Source: Octopus sinensis
Lineage: Eukaryota
Reading direction: 5' to 3'
Assembly: GCF_006345805.1 (NCBI RefSeq)
Contig: NC_043004.1
Coordinates: 33,232,001-33,296,000 of the forward strand
DNA length: 64,000 nt
This document shows positions 37,186 to 50,811 of this stretch, piece after piece (the first letter of the stretch is position 1; each line of letters opens with the position of its first letter). The translations under genes were made by a program, and so were the position numbers. Below the pieces are notes generated by a model that did not search any database, had not been told where the DNA came from, and was given only the letters and a program-made list of their open reading frames with translations.

Positions 37186-39433
37186 ATGATGATGATTCTA
37201 GGTGTTGGTTGTTCGAAAGCATATCGTTTTGGACCATTTCCTATCTTCTTGAACAAAATAAAAAATAAGGAAAGCAGGAAAGCTTAATATATTTTATGGT
37301 ATTAAAAATGAATTTGTTGAAGATATGCAGGGACATTTAAAACTGGCCCCAAAAACCTAGTTTTACTTGGGCTAACATTTATCCCACTGTTAATCAAATG
37401 AAGGACATCAACCTTCTTTGCTTTTACTCTTTCTTTAACAGATTTCCTTCACTGGATTATGACCATACTGTAGCATTGTCTTCAACAGCTTTAGTTAATT
37501 ATACTGACACCAGTATTTTGACTGGGGTCATAACTTACAGAAAGGGGATACATAATTAAACCCAACATAAACACCATGAGGTATTTCTTTTTCAATATAA
37601 TCCACACTGATATAATTTTTTTATTTATTATTTCAGTAATTTGACTACGTCCATGCTGGGGCACTACCTTTTAGTAAATCAGATTAACCCTGGAACTTAT
37701 TTTATGTTCTATTACCAGGGATCATTGACAAAATGCATTTCAAGTGAGAAAGTGTGTTTTGTGAATGAAACTGATTTTTGGAAGGTTGCTATTCTGTTGA
37801 GTTATGTTTCTATCTCTTAATTTCTGCACAATTCACATTTATCATTGATTTTTACAAAATAAATTCCTTCAAAATGATCAACCAGAATATGTAAAATAAA
37901 CCCGAATATCTAATATATTGTGCATTCAGCATTGAATACCCAAAAATGGGGATATTTTTTATTCATAGATAATTGTAGATTTTCAGAGGTTTAGATGAGC
38001 GAGTTTGAATTTGATTTCTATTCCTTCCTGTTCCCTCTCTTATTGACTTAATCCACATATTTCAATTGTTACAGGTGTTTAGGAATAAAATTTAATGTGT
38101 AACTTAAGTACCAACAACTGTAAAAGGAACTGTTGATTTCATTGGTTTGTATCTTCAGTGGTAAACAAGGATTATCAATGATAATCTAACTTTTTTTCCA
38201 TAAAACAGGATGATAAGAGATGCCAACAATGATCTATTACCAATGAAAACATCTACAACATTCATTAGAGATTAGAAACTCTTGATAGTTCTACTTTTCA
38301 GTGAAAAAAATCAATAAATGTGAGCATGTTTTCAGCAAATGTTTTCCAGTATTCCCAATCATGTTGATTTATTTCTTGTACACTTGTAATCTAACAAGGA
38401 TAAAGATATAAATCACTGGGCAAAATTCCTTCAACAATTCTATCTAAAATTCATAACGTGGACCATACTTTGATGTGAAATGACAGATTATTCACTACTA
38501 CCTGCCAAACTACTTCAATACTCTCAGGTATTTAATGAGATTGCACACCTATACTAAGGCTTCTTTAGACAATGCCAAATCTATCAATCTGAAAGTTTCT
38601 ACCCAAAACAGTATCATATTCTGTAAATATATTTTTCCATGACAATTCACTTAACAGTGAAAATGAACTTTTCCCTATATTTGAATAATTGATCAACTTC
38701 TTTCCAAAGACATCTTGATCACAAAAGCACTTTTTCCTCCTGAAATCCTATCATGTGGGCTACTCGTTGTTGTAAAATATGTAACACCCTCTATATCTTT
38801 GGTAAATTAATGCAATTTTGAAAACTGTCAGGTTTCTGTAACATGCCACACACACACACACATGCATGCATGCACACACACACATGCATGCATACATAGA
38901 TGCATGCACACACATGCACACACAAACACATATATACATCTAGTGGACCAGGAGTTGCTAACTTAGGTTAGATAGGCACCAATATAGTACCAAGAGAGAT
39001 TGAATTCTCAGGCTCAAACTTTCTAATCAGAGTAAAGCATTGCAGAAATAGATGAGTTGGTTAGAAGAATTACAAAGTTCAAAGAAGAAAGAAAGACAAA
39101 AATTTATGAGTGCAAAGAATACATTTATATGTTATATGATATGTGACATACATTTGCAGGATGTCAGTAGATCTTTACAGCTGTTTCAAATATTTGAGTA
39201 AATAATGACTGATATTTGAATGTAATCTTTGCAAAGACATGTATATTATGAAGCAATATTATTTAAAACCCTTTAAGAAAACAAACGTATTATCAACATG
39301 CATGAATTTTCATACATCAGTATCTTCACACAACAAACACAGAATATTCCCTTCAGAAGGACAAATGGCAAATGGGATTAAATATCACCCATTCACGGAA
39401 TATTTGAAGTTGTTGCAGAAGTCTATTTACATC

Positions 39434-39990
<557 letters not shown>

Positions 39991-40114
39991 TGCATATATG
40001 CATATTGTTTGAAGTGATGTGCAGGTTTTATATTTCCAGATTTATGATGAATCTCTCAAAAGAGATGAAAGGTCTAAATGAATAATTTTTATCCCAAATC
40101 CTGACTCTTTCACT

Positions 40115-40290
40115 TTGACACCTGACGTGTGGTAAACCGTACACCTGTTCAGACAATGTGTCGATTTGATGGAGAGAGAGAGAGTGAGCTAATGTGCGGC
40201 AAGACGAACATTTGATCACTAGAAACAAATCATTTGTGGAGGTCATTTGGCAAAAAGTTGAACAGTCATATGTCACCTTTGACAGGAGAG
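40115..40290 (+). mobile_element. SINE family D, 3' part
   Basis: cactttgacacctgacgtgtgg...tcgatttgatggagag...gagctaatgtg, homologous to 63770-63880. Confidence 0.7.
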
Positions 40291-40679
40291 TCTGTCATAT
40301 ATATATGTATGTGTGTGTGTGTCTGTGTATGTATGTGTGTGCGTGTGTGCATGCATGTGCAAGCATCCATGTGTTTTTGTGTGTATACACTTATTAATCC
40401 GAGGGGAGGCAATGTGAGCAGCGACTAAAGGAATATTACAAAATCCACAGAAAGATCAAACACATACATATATTCATATATTCATTTATATCTACAGAAC
40501 AGATATAAAGTCCGACATTTAAAAATATAGTAATATATAAATATATAAACATCATATAAAGATATATAAATATATAAGAATCAATATTGCATATATAACA
40601 CATTGAATTTATGCTTAAAATCATAAACCATTTGGTAAAAATTTGTGAAATTAAAAATTTGGGGTGTATATATATATAT

Positions 40680-40850
40680 AGAGAGAGTTCACAAAAAAAA
40701 AACAAAAGACGAAGACAGGTGGTGTACAAAACAAGCAGGTGTATTAGTATAAAGCTCAGGAATAGAAAACGTCTTTTACGTTTCGAGCCTATGCTCTTCT
40801 ACAGAAAGGGACACAGAAAAAACAAGGAGAGAAAAAAAGATGTATATGAG
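40680..40850 (-). mobile_element. Putative PLE terminal fragment (family H3) with hammerhead-like motif at 40773-40808
   Basis: Minus strand: cttt-CTGTAGA-a-gagc-atag-gctc-GAAA-CG-TA-aaag (A6 is U in this copy); starts in (TA)n. Confidence 0.65.
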
Positions 40851-40977
40851 TATATATTTATATATCTATAGCTGTATCTATATGTATATATAAAAATGTA
40901 TAGGGATATTACTATTAATAATTTACAATAATATCAGTGGCTAGCATGTGTAAAAGAACCATAAAGGCAAAATTATC

Positions 40978-41437
40978 AATTAATAATGAAGGATGCTACT
41001 TGTAGCACCAGCATGCTAAAGATAGCTGTCAAAATGACTCAAAACCACAGTTTTTTACTTGCACACAAGGGGGAAATCGTGGGAACAAGCAGTAAAAGTT
41101 TAACACCATAGCGGAAAAGAATTGAAAATGAAATCAGACATACCCATATCATACTGATTTCAAACTTTGTGAATGATCACTTTGTTCTCATCAGTGAGTA
41201 ATATTGACCCAGGGTAAAAAAATATGCCTACTTCATCTATGTGCTTGATAATCGTTTTTAATGCTGTGGCAAATTAAAAAATTTGATTCTTTTTGTCTAT
41301 GGTACAGAGTTGCTAAAATTTTACTGCCCGTTTCCTTGATTTTGCCCTTGAGTACATGTGTAAACTGTGGCTTTGAGTCATTTTGACTGCTATATTTAGC
41401 ATGCTGGCATTACAAGCAGTACCCTTCATTATTAATT
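40978..41437. mobile_element. Old fold-back element with ~155-bp inverted arms
   Basis: aattaataatgaagg...ccagcatgctaaa.atagc.gtcaaaatgactcaaa.ccacagttt aligns with the reverse complement of 41281-41437. Confidence 0.75.
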
Positions 41438-41530
41438 TATATGTATATATATATATATATGTACACACTCACTTGCATACACACACATATACATATATAT
41501 GTATATATGTATGTACATATGACAGTGTGT

Positions 41531-41896
41531 AGAGGTGCAATGGCCCAGTGGTTAGGGCAATGGATTCCCAGTTGTAAGATTCCTAGACTGGGCATTGTGA
41601 GTGTTTATTGAGTGAAAACACCTAAAGTTCCACGAGGCTCTGGCAGGGAGGGGGGTTGCAAACCCTGCTATGTTCTTTCACCACAACTTTCTCTCACTCT
41701 TTCTTCCTGTTTCTGTTGTACCTGCATTTCAAAGGGCCAGCCTTGTCACACTGTGTCACGCTGAATATCCCCGAGAACTACCTTAAGGGTACATGTGTCT
41801 GTGGAGTGCTCAGCCACTTGCATGTTAATTTCCCAAGCAGGCTGTTCCAATGATTGGATCAACTGCAACCCTTGTCTTCATAACTAACGGAGTGCC
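41531..41896 (+). mobile_element. SINE family F
   Basis: TGGCCCAGTGG A box (B box partly deleted); 3' body aagggccagccttgtcac...gagtgctcagccacttgca shared with family E. Confidence 0.8.
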
Positions 41897-42454
41897 ATGA
41901 TATGTAACATGTGTGTTTGGTTTAAGTAAAAGTTGATTATACTTCTCAGTCGTTTTGGATTCCTGTTATTTCTCCTCATGCAGTCAGTCTAAGACAAAAC
42001 TGCACAGTCGACAATACTGAATAGTTATACACACAACACTAATTGAATGTGAAAAAAAGCAAGATAAACAAAGGTATTGATACACTGTAAGAGCCATAGA
42101 GTATATATGATAAATAAAATAACAATATGTCTATTCAACAATAAGCATTTTTATGGTTTCTTTTGGAGAAAGATAAATCATAACAAAAGATTTAATTTTG
42201 CTTCAGACAAGGAAACAATTCAAAATATTTCAAGTGTGTGTGTGATTTGGCCACAATTAGGTCTCTAACGAAGACTGTCAAATGCTCACTGAGATCTCAG
42301 TGGCTACTCTATGAGATCTGACTCCGTAAGAAATTGTTAAGTGGTCAAGATTATTATTTATGACTTTAGTCTTACCAGCCACTTCCAGAAAATGCAAGAA
42401 TCTTTTACAAAAAAAAAAAAAAAATAATAATACAAATCAGAGTTCTGAACAGTA

Positions 42455-42640
42455 AGAGGGGCTGCAGAAAAGTTCCTGGCTTTAAGGGTTTTGTGAAAGG
42501 CCTGGTTGGAGGCTCAAACTTTCAAGTTCTTTCACAGAGCTTAGAAAAACTGAAAGGGGAATATGTTGAATAAAATAATAATTAACAGATCCTCCAGTAT
42601 TTTCTATTACCCAAATCCAGGAACTTTTCAGCCCCACCGC
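42455..42640. mobile_element. Mariner-type MITE
   Basis: ta|agaggggctgcagaaaagttcctgg ... ccaggaacttttcagcccc. Confidence 0.7.
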
Positions 42641-42764
42641 AACATATTCTTTTTCACAAAATAGATCTCGGTTTGCTGGTCTGCCTCTGTGAAAGTTATG
42701 GTATTATTCTTACCCTTGTGTTCATATATGTGTGGATAAGGAAATGTGTATGCATAAAGTAACA

Positions 42765-43335
42765 TCTGTATGTCATTATTATGTTTCATTTCAAGATTTC
42801 TTGCCAATAGAGAAAGAGCCAGTTTCAAACCTAGATTCAAGGCTCCTTCATTGGAATTTCAACAGCATCAACAGGGTGTTTTTGTATGTATGTATGCATG
42901 TATGTATGTAAGTATGTATGTATGTATGTATGTATGTATGTATGTATGTATGTATGTATGCATGTATGCATGTATGTATGCATGTATATGTGCAGATTTG
43001 TTTGTTTTGTGTTACGTATGTCTTTTTGTGTATATGTTGGCACATCTAGACATACTCATATATGCTGAAATGATAAACTTGTGGAAAGTTTTACAGATTC
43101 TTACAGTTCCAGTGATGGATTGGCTCTGCAGTCTTCAAATCAGCTTTCTTGTTTTGAGAAGCCTAATTTCCCATGATTAGTACTTAGGCAGTGTGTTACA
43201 TATCCCTGTGCCACAATATTTACATGTATAAACCTGAACTTGTAATCTGGATAGAGTAACTGCAAATTTCTCAATAGCTCAGCGTTGGTATTCTCCTTTT
43301 CACTGATCTTCAGCTTTATAGATCTGCTGTATAGA
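42765..43335 (-). mobile_element. 3' end of an RLE-type LINE associated with (CATA)n
   Basis: IKLKISEKENTNAELLRNLQLLYPDYKFRFIHVNIVAQGYVTHCLSTNHGKLGFSK resembles the RLE C-terminus (K..KY..L...L...P.V.GA.G). Confidence 0.7.
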
Positions 43336-43401
43336 TAGATAGAGTGATAGATATTCATAAGGGCGTACTTTCATAGGTGAGTACCTATACATGTATATAT
43401 A

Positions 43402-43635
43402 TATTTCTTTACTTCCCACAAGGGGCTAAACACAGAGAGGACAAACAAGGACATACAAAGGGATTAAGTCGATTACATCGACCCCAGTGTGCAACTGGTA
43501 CTTAATTTATCGACCCCGAAAGGATGAAAGGCAAAGTCGACCTCGGCGGAATTTGAACTCAGAACGTAACGGCAGACAAAATACGGCCACGCATTTCGCC
43601 CGGCGTGCTAACGTTTCTGCCAGCTCGCTGCCTTA
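43402..43635 (-). mobile_element. SINE family B monomer with 15-bp TSD
   Basis: 234-bp CpG-rich copy; atacatgtatatata at 43387-43401 and 43636-43650. Confidence 0.95.
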
Positions 43636-44141
43636 ATACATGTATATATACGTGTGTGTTTGTGTGCATGTGTGTATATGTTACAGACTTCTTTTACACT
43701 AACCAACTGCATCTATAAAAAATACAATTTGCTTCCCATTAAATAGTTTAAAAGATCTTTAGTTCTGAACTGAACATGTGTAGACAAAAGGTATCTATTC
43801 AATTATGTGTATAAACATATGAATAGAAATATACACGGGTGTACTTGTAGGTAACTGTATATATTTGTATAAATGGTATATTTTTTATATATTAATATCT
43901 CCTTAAAGATTCATATCTCTATGGAAAAAGCAGCATTCTTCGATGCACTTAACTGGTCGTATGTATGAGTAACAATATGCAGTTACATGCGAGCATTTGT
44001 CTACATAGATATTCTCATAAATAGCCAAGCTTGAAACAGATTAGAAAACCCCAATGAATATTATATAGTAATGTGATCTTCTCAATCCAAACCTTTCAAA
44101 GATACTCAATTTAATATTTCTTAAAAGAAAACTACTCTCAC

Positions 44142-44225
44142 CTACACGAATTTCAGCTTCAACTGCCTGATATTTTGTGATGGATCCAACAATTAGCTAT
44201 AGCTTTAAACATTCTATTGGGAATC
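44142..44225 (-). pseudogene. Candidate exon (84 bp, phase 1-1) with one in-frame TAG
   Basis: Acceptor gagttttagttctattttag| and donor GTAG|GTGAGA; GFPIECLKL*LIVGSITKYQAVEAEIRVG. Confidence 0.35.
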
Positions 44226-44355
44226 CTAAAATAGAACTAAAACTCACTTTATATAGAGAATCTTGAGTAGTTACAAGAAACGCTTCAACCAACAGATTAT
44301 GACCTGAACATGACACATCTGTTTATCACTTTATTTTACACATGATTGAACAATA

Positions 44356-44412
<57 letters not shown>

Positions 44413-44765
44413 TATATATATGTGTATGTATATATATATATATATTATATATACCCCTATCAAACAGATTAACTATCTCCATCCCACCTGTCTCAAAGCT
44501 TGCATATTAACAAGCTATATATTTTCCTCTTTTTTTCTATATTTCATCCCTTCCTAAACAATCACATTCTCTGCATACCTACACCACCTCTAACTCTCAT
44601 TTGCATTACTTCTCCTACTAAAAGAATGACTGGTCAAAACTATATATCAAGCTAGCAAGAATCAAAGTAAACCACAGTCTGATGATTAGGAGCAAAACAA
44701 AAGTTAAAGGCTACTATCACCCTTTCCTTGAAAAAATTGGTATACATACATACATGCATATATAT

Positions 44766-44813
<48 letters not shown>

Positions 44814-44854
44814 GATATAAGTATATATATATGTGTGTGTGTGTGTATGTATGT

Positions 44855-45049
44855 ATGCATCTATACCAATTTTTTCATGGAGATTGCACCTAGAAAGTTA
44901 CCCTCCGAGGCACAAGTCTGGCCAAGGTTGTTTATGGAAACCAGCAGTCACCCATGCATGCCAGCCTCCTCTCTCCACACCACCGATGTTATCCAAGGGA
45001 AAGGCAAAGACCGATACAGCTTGGCACCAGTGACGTTGCATCTCATTTA
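44855..45049. mobile_element. Interspersed repeat fragment, probably a SINE 3' part
   Basis: GC-richer block directly abutting family F; not classified. Confidence 0.45.
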
Positions 45050-45349
45050 TTAACATGCAAGTGGCTGAGCACTCCACAAACACGTGTACCCTTAACGTAG
45101 TTCCCGGGGAGATTCAGCGTGACACAGAGTGTGACAAGGCTGGCCCTTTGAAATACAGGTACAAGAGAAACAGGAAGAAAGACTGAAAGAAAGTTGTGGC
45201 GAAAGAGTATAGCAGGGTTCACCCCCCCCTGCTGAAACCTCATGGAGCTTTAGGTGGTTTTGCTCAATAAACACTCACAACGCCCTGTGTGGGAATCAAA
45301 ACCGCAATACTACAACCACGAGTCTGCTGCCTTAACCACTGGGCCATTG
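45050..45349 (-). mobile_element. SINE family F
   Basis: Minus strand: caaTGGCCCAGTGGttaagg...gcGGTTTTGATTCCC; homologous to 41531-41896. Confidence 0.85.
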
Positions 45350-45375
45350 TATATGCATGTATTCATGCATGTATA

Positions 45376-45720
45376 CTCTTTTACTCTTTTACTCTTTTAC
45401 TTGTTTCAGTCATTTGACTGTGGACATGCTGGAGCACCGCCTTTAGTCGAGCAAATCGACCCCAGGACTTATTCTTTGTTAGCCCAGTACTTATTCTATC
45501 AGTCTCTTTTGCCAAACACACCAGCATCGGTTGTCAAGCAATGCTAGGGGGACAAACACAGACACACAAACACATACACACATATATATATACATATATA
45601 CATATCCACTAACAAGGCATTGGTCGGCCTGGGGCTATAGCAGAAGACACTTGCCCAAGATGCCACGCAGAACCATGTGGCTGGTTAGCAAGCTACTTAC
45701 CACACAGCCGCTCCTGCGCC
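45376..45720 (-). mobile_element. SINE family A with internal deletions
   Basis: Joins gccaaacacacc and gccacgcagaaccatg mark missing segments. Confidence 0.85.
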
Positions 45721-45738
45721 TATGTATGTATATATATA

Positions 45739-45828
<90 letters not shown>

Positions 45829-45857
45829 GTATATATATATGTATGTATATATATATG

Positions 45858-45892
<35 letters not shown>

Positions 45893-46539
45893 GTATGTAT
45901 GCTTGTGCGTCTAGCATAGAACTGCTTTATACATTTAATAGAATTCTATTACTGTTAAGATTTACCCTTGAATAAATAGTTCTGTCAATAAATACGACCC
46001 TTTGCTTTGATGCATAATGAAGTACAACAGAAGTGAGTTGTGTATCAAATGCAGTGCTACTACATGGCAATTTTTTCCACGATGTGTAATATCAGGGTTA
46101 CCTGATGATTATCATCCAGATAAAAGAAAAACATTTGTACAATGCAAATACAAAAAAGAAAGCGAAGATACTGTCCAACAATTTATTCCGTTCTTCTTTT
46201 ACTGATTTTAGTCACTGGTCTGTGAAGATACTGGCCTTATAGCTTGATATTTCTTTAAACAAATGACTAAAATTATTTTCCAATAACTGCTTACCTTCTT
46301 TCAAATAATTTGCAGAATGGTGAGGGAATACAGTGACAATGGATGACTGATATCGAGTACCAGTAATTGTACTTCTCTCAGAACAATTCCTTGTATTTAT
46401 TCTCTTTGGTAATTTATAGTTTTGTTGCAAAAATCTAGTTTGCAGTGATGGTTGCCTTGCTCACAGTATATACTGTTTTCCTGGGGCTAAACGGTAGTGA
46501 TATTGTCCTAAGGAGGACTGCAACTTTACATTGACTTTA

Positions 46540-46870
46540 CTTCCCAGTACTAAGAAGTTTTAGTTGAATAAATTGACCTCAGCACATTTTTTTAAAGCCT
46601 ATTGGTAAATTTTGCCAAACTACTAAGTTATGGGGATGTAAACAAAACAACACCGGTTGTCAAGCTGTGAAGAGGGACAAACACACACACACCACCACAC
46701 CACACTTACATATATATGATGGGATTCTTTCAGTTTCCATCTACTAAATCCTCTCACAAGGCTTTGTTTGGCCTGAAGCTATAAAAGAAGACACTTGCCC
46801 AAGGTGCCTCATAAAGGGACTGAACCTGGAACCATGTGGCTGGGAACTGAACTTCATACCTTATGGTCAC
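46540..46870 (-). mobile_element. Degenerate SINE family A
   Basis: ctttcagtttccatctac...gacacttgcccaaggtg...gggactgaacctggaaccatgtgg. Confidence 0.75.
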
Positions 46871-47149
46871 TCTCAGAAGAAGAATATTAATTACCTTGAA
46901 ATAAAATTCAAATAAATTTCTTATTTGTATATTTTCCTCCCATTAAAAACTCTATCCTTTACTCCTCCTTCGCCTCACCTCCTCTTTTTCTCTGACTCTG
47001 TCTCTCTCACTCTGTGTATTTGTGTGGGTGTGTTTGTTGATAGCATGCCACCAAGCCTAGTATGAGCATTTATCTTTCATCTCTTATGGTAACTGTAACT
47101 CTCCCTTACTCTATCTTTCTCTCTTTCTTTCTTTCTATACAATGTAAAG

Positions 47150-47395
47150 CATACCAACCAACTGACCAACCGACCAACCAGCCATCCAACCAGCCAACCG
47201 ACCAACCAACCAACCAACCAACCGACCAACCAACCAACCAACCGACTGACCAAGGAACCAACTGACTGATTGACTGACTGACTAACCAACCAACTGACCA
47301 ACCAACCAGCCATCCAACCAGCCAACCAGCCAACCAACCAACTGATCAACTGACCAACCAGCTATCCAACCAGCCAACCAACCAACTGACCAACA
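47150..47395. repeat. (CCAA)n/(CTGA)n tetranucleotide array
   Basis: Directly visible. Confidence 0.95.
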
Positions 47396-48628
47396 TTCAT
47401 GCTATTATATACCTGATATACTTTTACAGTATAAAATATATATAAAAAATATTAATTAATAAAAAAAATAAGATAATGAAATTCCAATGATTAACCAACT
47501 AGAGTTTCTTCAGTGAATATTTACTTATAAAACTGTGTACTTTGCGTATTCTCATTTTTGTTGTGTAGTTTCTGGTGATTTGGACAAAACCTTGTTTGTC
47601 TGCATCGGTAAAGAGTTCTAACTTTTGTTTTATTTTATTTTTTTGCAGAGGTAGCGAAGAGGTCAACACTACATAATTGGAAAATATTAGTCTTTTAGCA
47701 TTGGTTTTGATTGAAGCAAATATCATTTAACAAATTCTTAGTCTATTTACAGACATCACTCAAACACATATATATATATATATTTTATTCGGCTACAATA
47801 CAGTTACAACTGTTTAAATAAGACTTTTTTTTTTTATTTCTATTCAAGCGAGACAAAAGTTGAGCACTGGTAGTGACTGTTAATACATTAAGCAGTTCAC
47901 AACAAATTGTATTTCTTTCTTGCTGTTTATAAATGAAATAAAACAAGTCATGCGTAACCCACTATAAATAACAAATAGTACTGAACTGTTTATACAGGGA
48001 ATTGCAATATGATTGAAAAACTCTTTTTTCCATGACAGTATATGCTGGCAGATCAAGAGAAAATTCCTTTAATTTTCTCTGCAGCTGACAATAAATCATA
48101 GACCTACATTACTATCAATAAACTACTCCAATTCTGTCCCTTCCTTTTTAACACATCTATAAATATGTTTGGCATGCACTATATTGCCAATTTCTAGTTA
48201 AGCTTTCAACTTTCAACATGGATTATTTCAATTAAGCAAATATCACTGGAGATTTTATAAGGGAAGCCTTTTGCATCAAAAATGGCGTGTATAGATACTT
48301 ATGATGTCAGCTGAATCACTGGTTTTCCCTTGCTAAACAAAGCTAAATATTGTTGCATCTTCGTGTTTGATTAAATGCTTTCTCCATTTAGTGCTGAAAA
48401 CAAAATATATATCTAAAAATCAAAGGACCTTATCAAGGCAATGCTTTTATGCATGATTAATGAGTGCCGTTATTGATATTGTTGCCGTTACATAAAAATT
48501 TGATGTCTCTGTTAGTAGGAATCCTTTTAAATAGTTATATATCGCAAAAGGTTTATAGACACGATCAGATATCCTTTGAATGGCAAATACAATCATCATC
48601 ATGGCTATCTTCATTGTAATTATAATTG

Positions 48629-48662
<34 letters not shown>

Positions 48663-48743
48663 GGTGGTGGTGATCATCATGATGATCATGATGATGATGA
48701 CTATGATGACCATCACCTTCCCTATTGATAAAAATGATGATGC

Positions 48744-48793
<50 letters not shown>

Positions 48794-49234
48794 GTGATGT
48801 TGGTGGTTGTAAAACAACGATAACATGGATGATATAAAGGGTAATGATGAAATTGATAAAGGTTTTTAAATGTTTATGATGGAATTGGGCTAAAATCCCG
48901 CATATTACTGTACTCTTGAAGAAGATGCTTTAAAAGTTGATGCCTTTGTTAACGCCGACCGTTTTCTATTAGGAAACAAACCTACCATTAATTTAGCCAA
49001 GTTTAAAACTGATGACACAGATTAAGAGGATTTTGTTACACCATACAACAACAAAAAAAAATAATAATAAGAATAATAATAAAATGCGTTCCTTGATTCT
49101 AATTTTAATACATATCTCTGCATATCTGCATATCCAAATGTTAATCGGTTTTTCTCTATCCTTCTCTAAACCCTTCTTAGAATCTGAGGGCATTTATGAT
49201 ATACATAGATATATGTGTGCATGTGTGTGTGTGT

Positions 49235-49272
<38 letters not shown>

Positions 49273-49277
<5 letters not shown>

Positions 49278-49979
49278 TGTGTATGTAAATATATATTCTA
49301 TGTGTATACGTATATTTATGTATGTAAACATATATTCCATGTATATATGTGTATGTGAATCTGTATATATATATGTATGTGTATCTGCAAATAAACATAC
49401 ATACATACATATATATATGTGCGTGTACGTATGCAGAAGCACAATCATTTGAACACATGAGGACCCGCACTCAGCGTCACGATGCAAACACTTAGTTGAA
49501 CAAATAATAAGAGTGTTTCATAAAGCAATTAAACAGTGAGCTGTTAAAATACTTTTAGGGTAAATAGGGTTGTTGTAGGGAAGGTGGGCATTAAAATTTG
49601 TACAAGAGGAAGAAAGACAAAGACGGCTGAATTGTTGGCCTCACTTGAGAGTTGTAAACAAGGGCTTGTGCATTAGCAAATAACCTATTTATCAAGCATA
49701 TAGGGTATTTATGAATTAACTATGCATGCATACATACATACATACATACATGCATACATATATGCATACATACATACGTACATACATACGTACATACATA
49801 ATACATACATACATATATGAATACATACATATATATACATGTATGCATACATACACACAAATATACATACATATACATACATGCTACATATATGCATACA
49901 TACATACATACATGCATACATATACATATATGCATACATACAGACATACATATATGCATACATACATGTATATATTTAC

Positions 49980-50013
<34 letters not shown>

Positions 50014-50727
50014 AATATATATATACACTGTGTATGTAAATATATATTCTATGTGTATACGTATATTTATGTATGTAAACATATATTCCATGTATATATG
50101 TGTATGTGAATCTGTATATATATGTATGTGTATCTGCAAATAAACATACATACATACATATATATATGTGCGTGTACGTATGCAGAAGCACAATCATTTG
50201 AACACATGAGGACCCGCACTCAGCGTCACGATGCAAACACTTAGTTGAACAAATAATAAGAGTGTTTCATAAAGCAATTAAACAGTGAGCTGTTAAAATA
50301 CTTTTAGGGTAAATAGGGTTGTTGTAGGGAAGGTGGGCATTAAAATTTGTACAAGAGGAAGAAAGACAAAGACGGCTGAATTGTTGGCCTCACTTGAGAG
50401 TTGTAAACAAGGGCTTGTGCATTAGCAAATAACCTATTTATCAAGCATATAGGGTATTTATGAATTAACTATGCATGCATACATACATACATACATACAT
50501 GCATACATATATGCATACATACATACGTACATACATACGTACATACATAATACATACATACATATGAATACATACATACATATATATACATGTATGCATA
50601 CATACACACAAATATACATACTACATACATGCTACATATATGCATACATACATACATACATGCATACATATACATATATGCATACATACAGACATACATA
50701 TATGCATACATACATGTATATATTTAC

Positions 50728-50795
<68 letters not shown>
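49273..50795 (+). repeat. Direct tandem duplication, period 749 bp
   Basis: ggacccgcac at 49461 and 50210; the non-repetitive core looks identical by eye; breakpoints lie in (TA)n. Confidence 0.95.

Positions 50796-50811
<16 letters not shown>

Noticed and set aside
41155-41200. CTGATGA...GAAATC on the minus strand
   Set aside because: No stem III or stem I; it folds as a simple hairpin in the centre of the fold-back element.
44197-44199. Programmed read-through or RNA-editing rescue of the in-frame stops
   Set aside because: No SECIS or other support seen; mutation, assembly error or a false exon are simpler explanations.
46096-46140. CTGATGA-ttatc/gataa hammerhead-like motif
   Set aside because: The GAAA/stem III/NUH part is malformed and stem I is at most 3 bp; no second copy to support it.
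47569-47690. Plus-strand exon pair with strong acceptor and branch-like ctaac
   Set aside because: The implied intron is only 41 nt and the next segment stops quickly; no supporting plus-strand exons.
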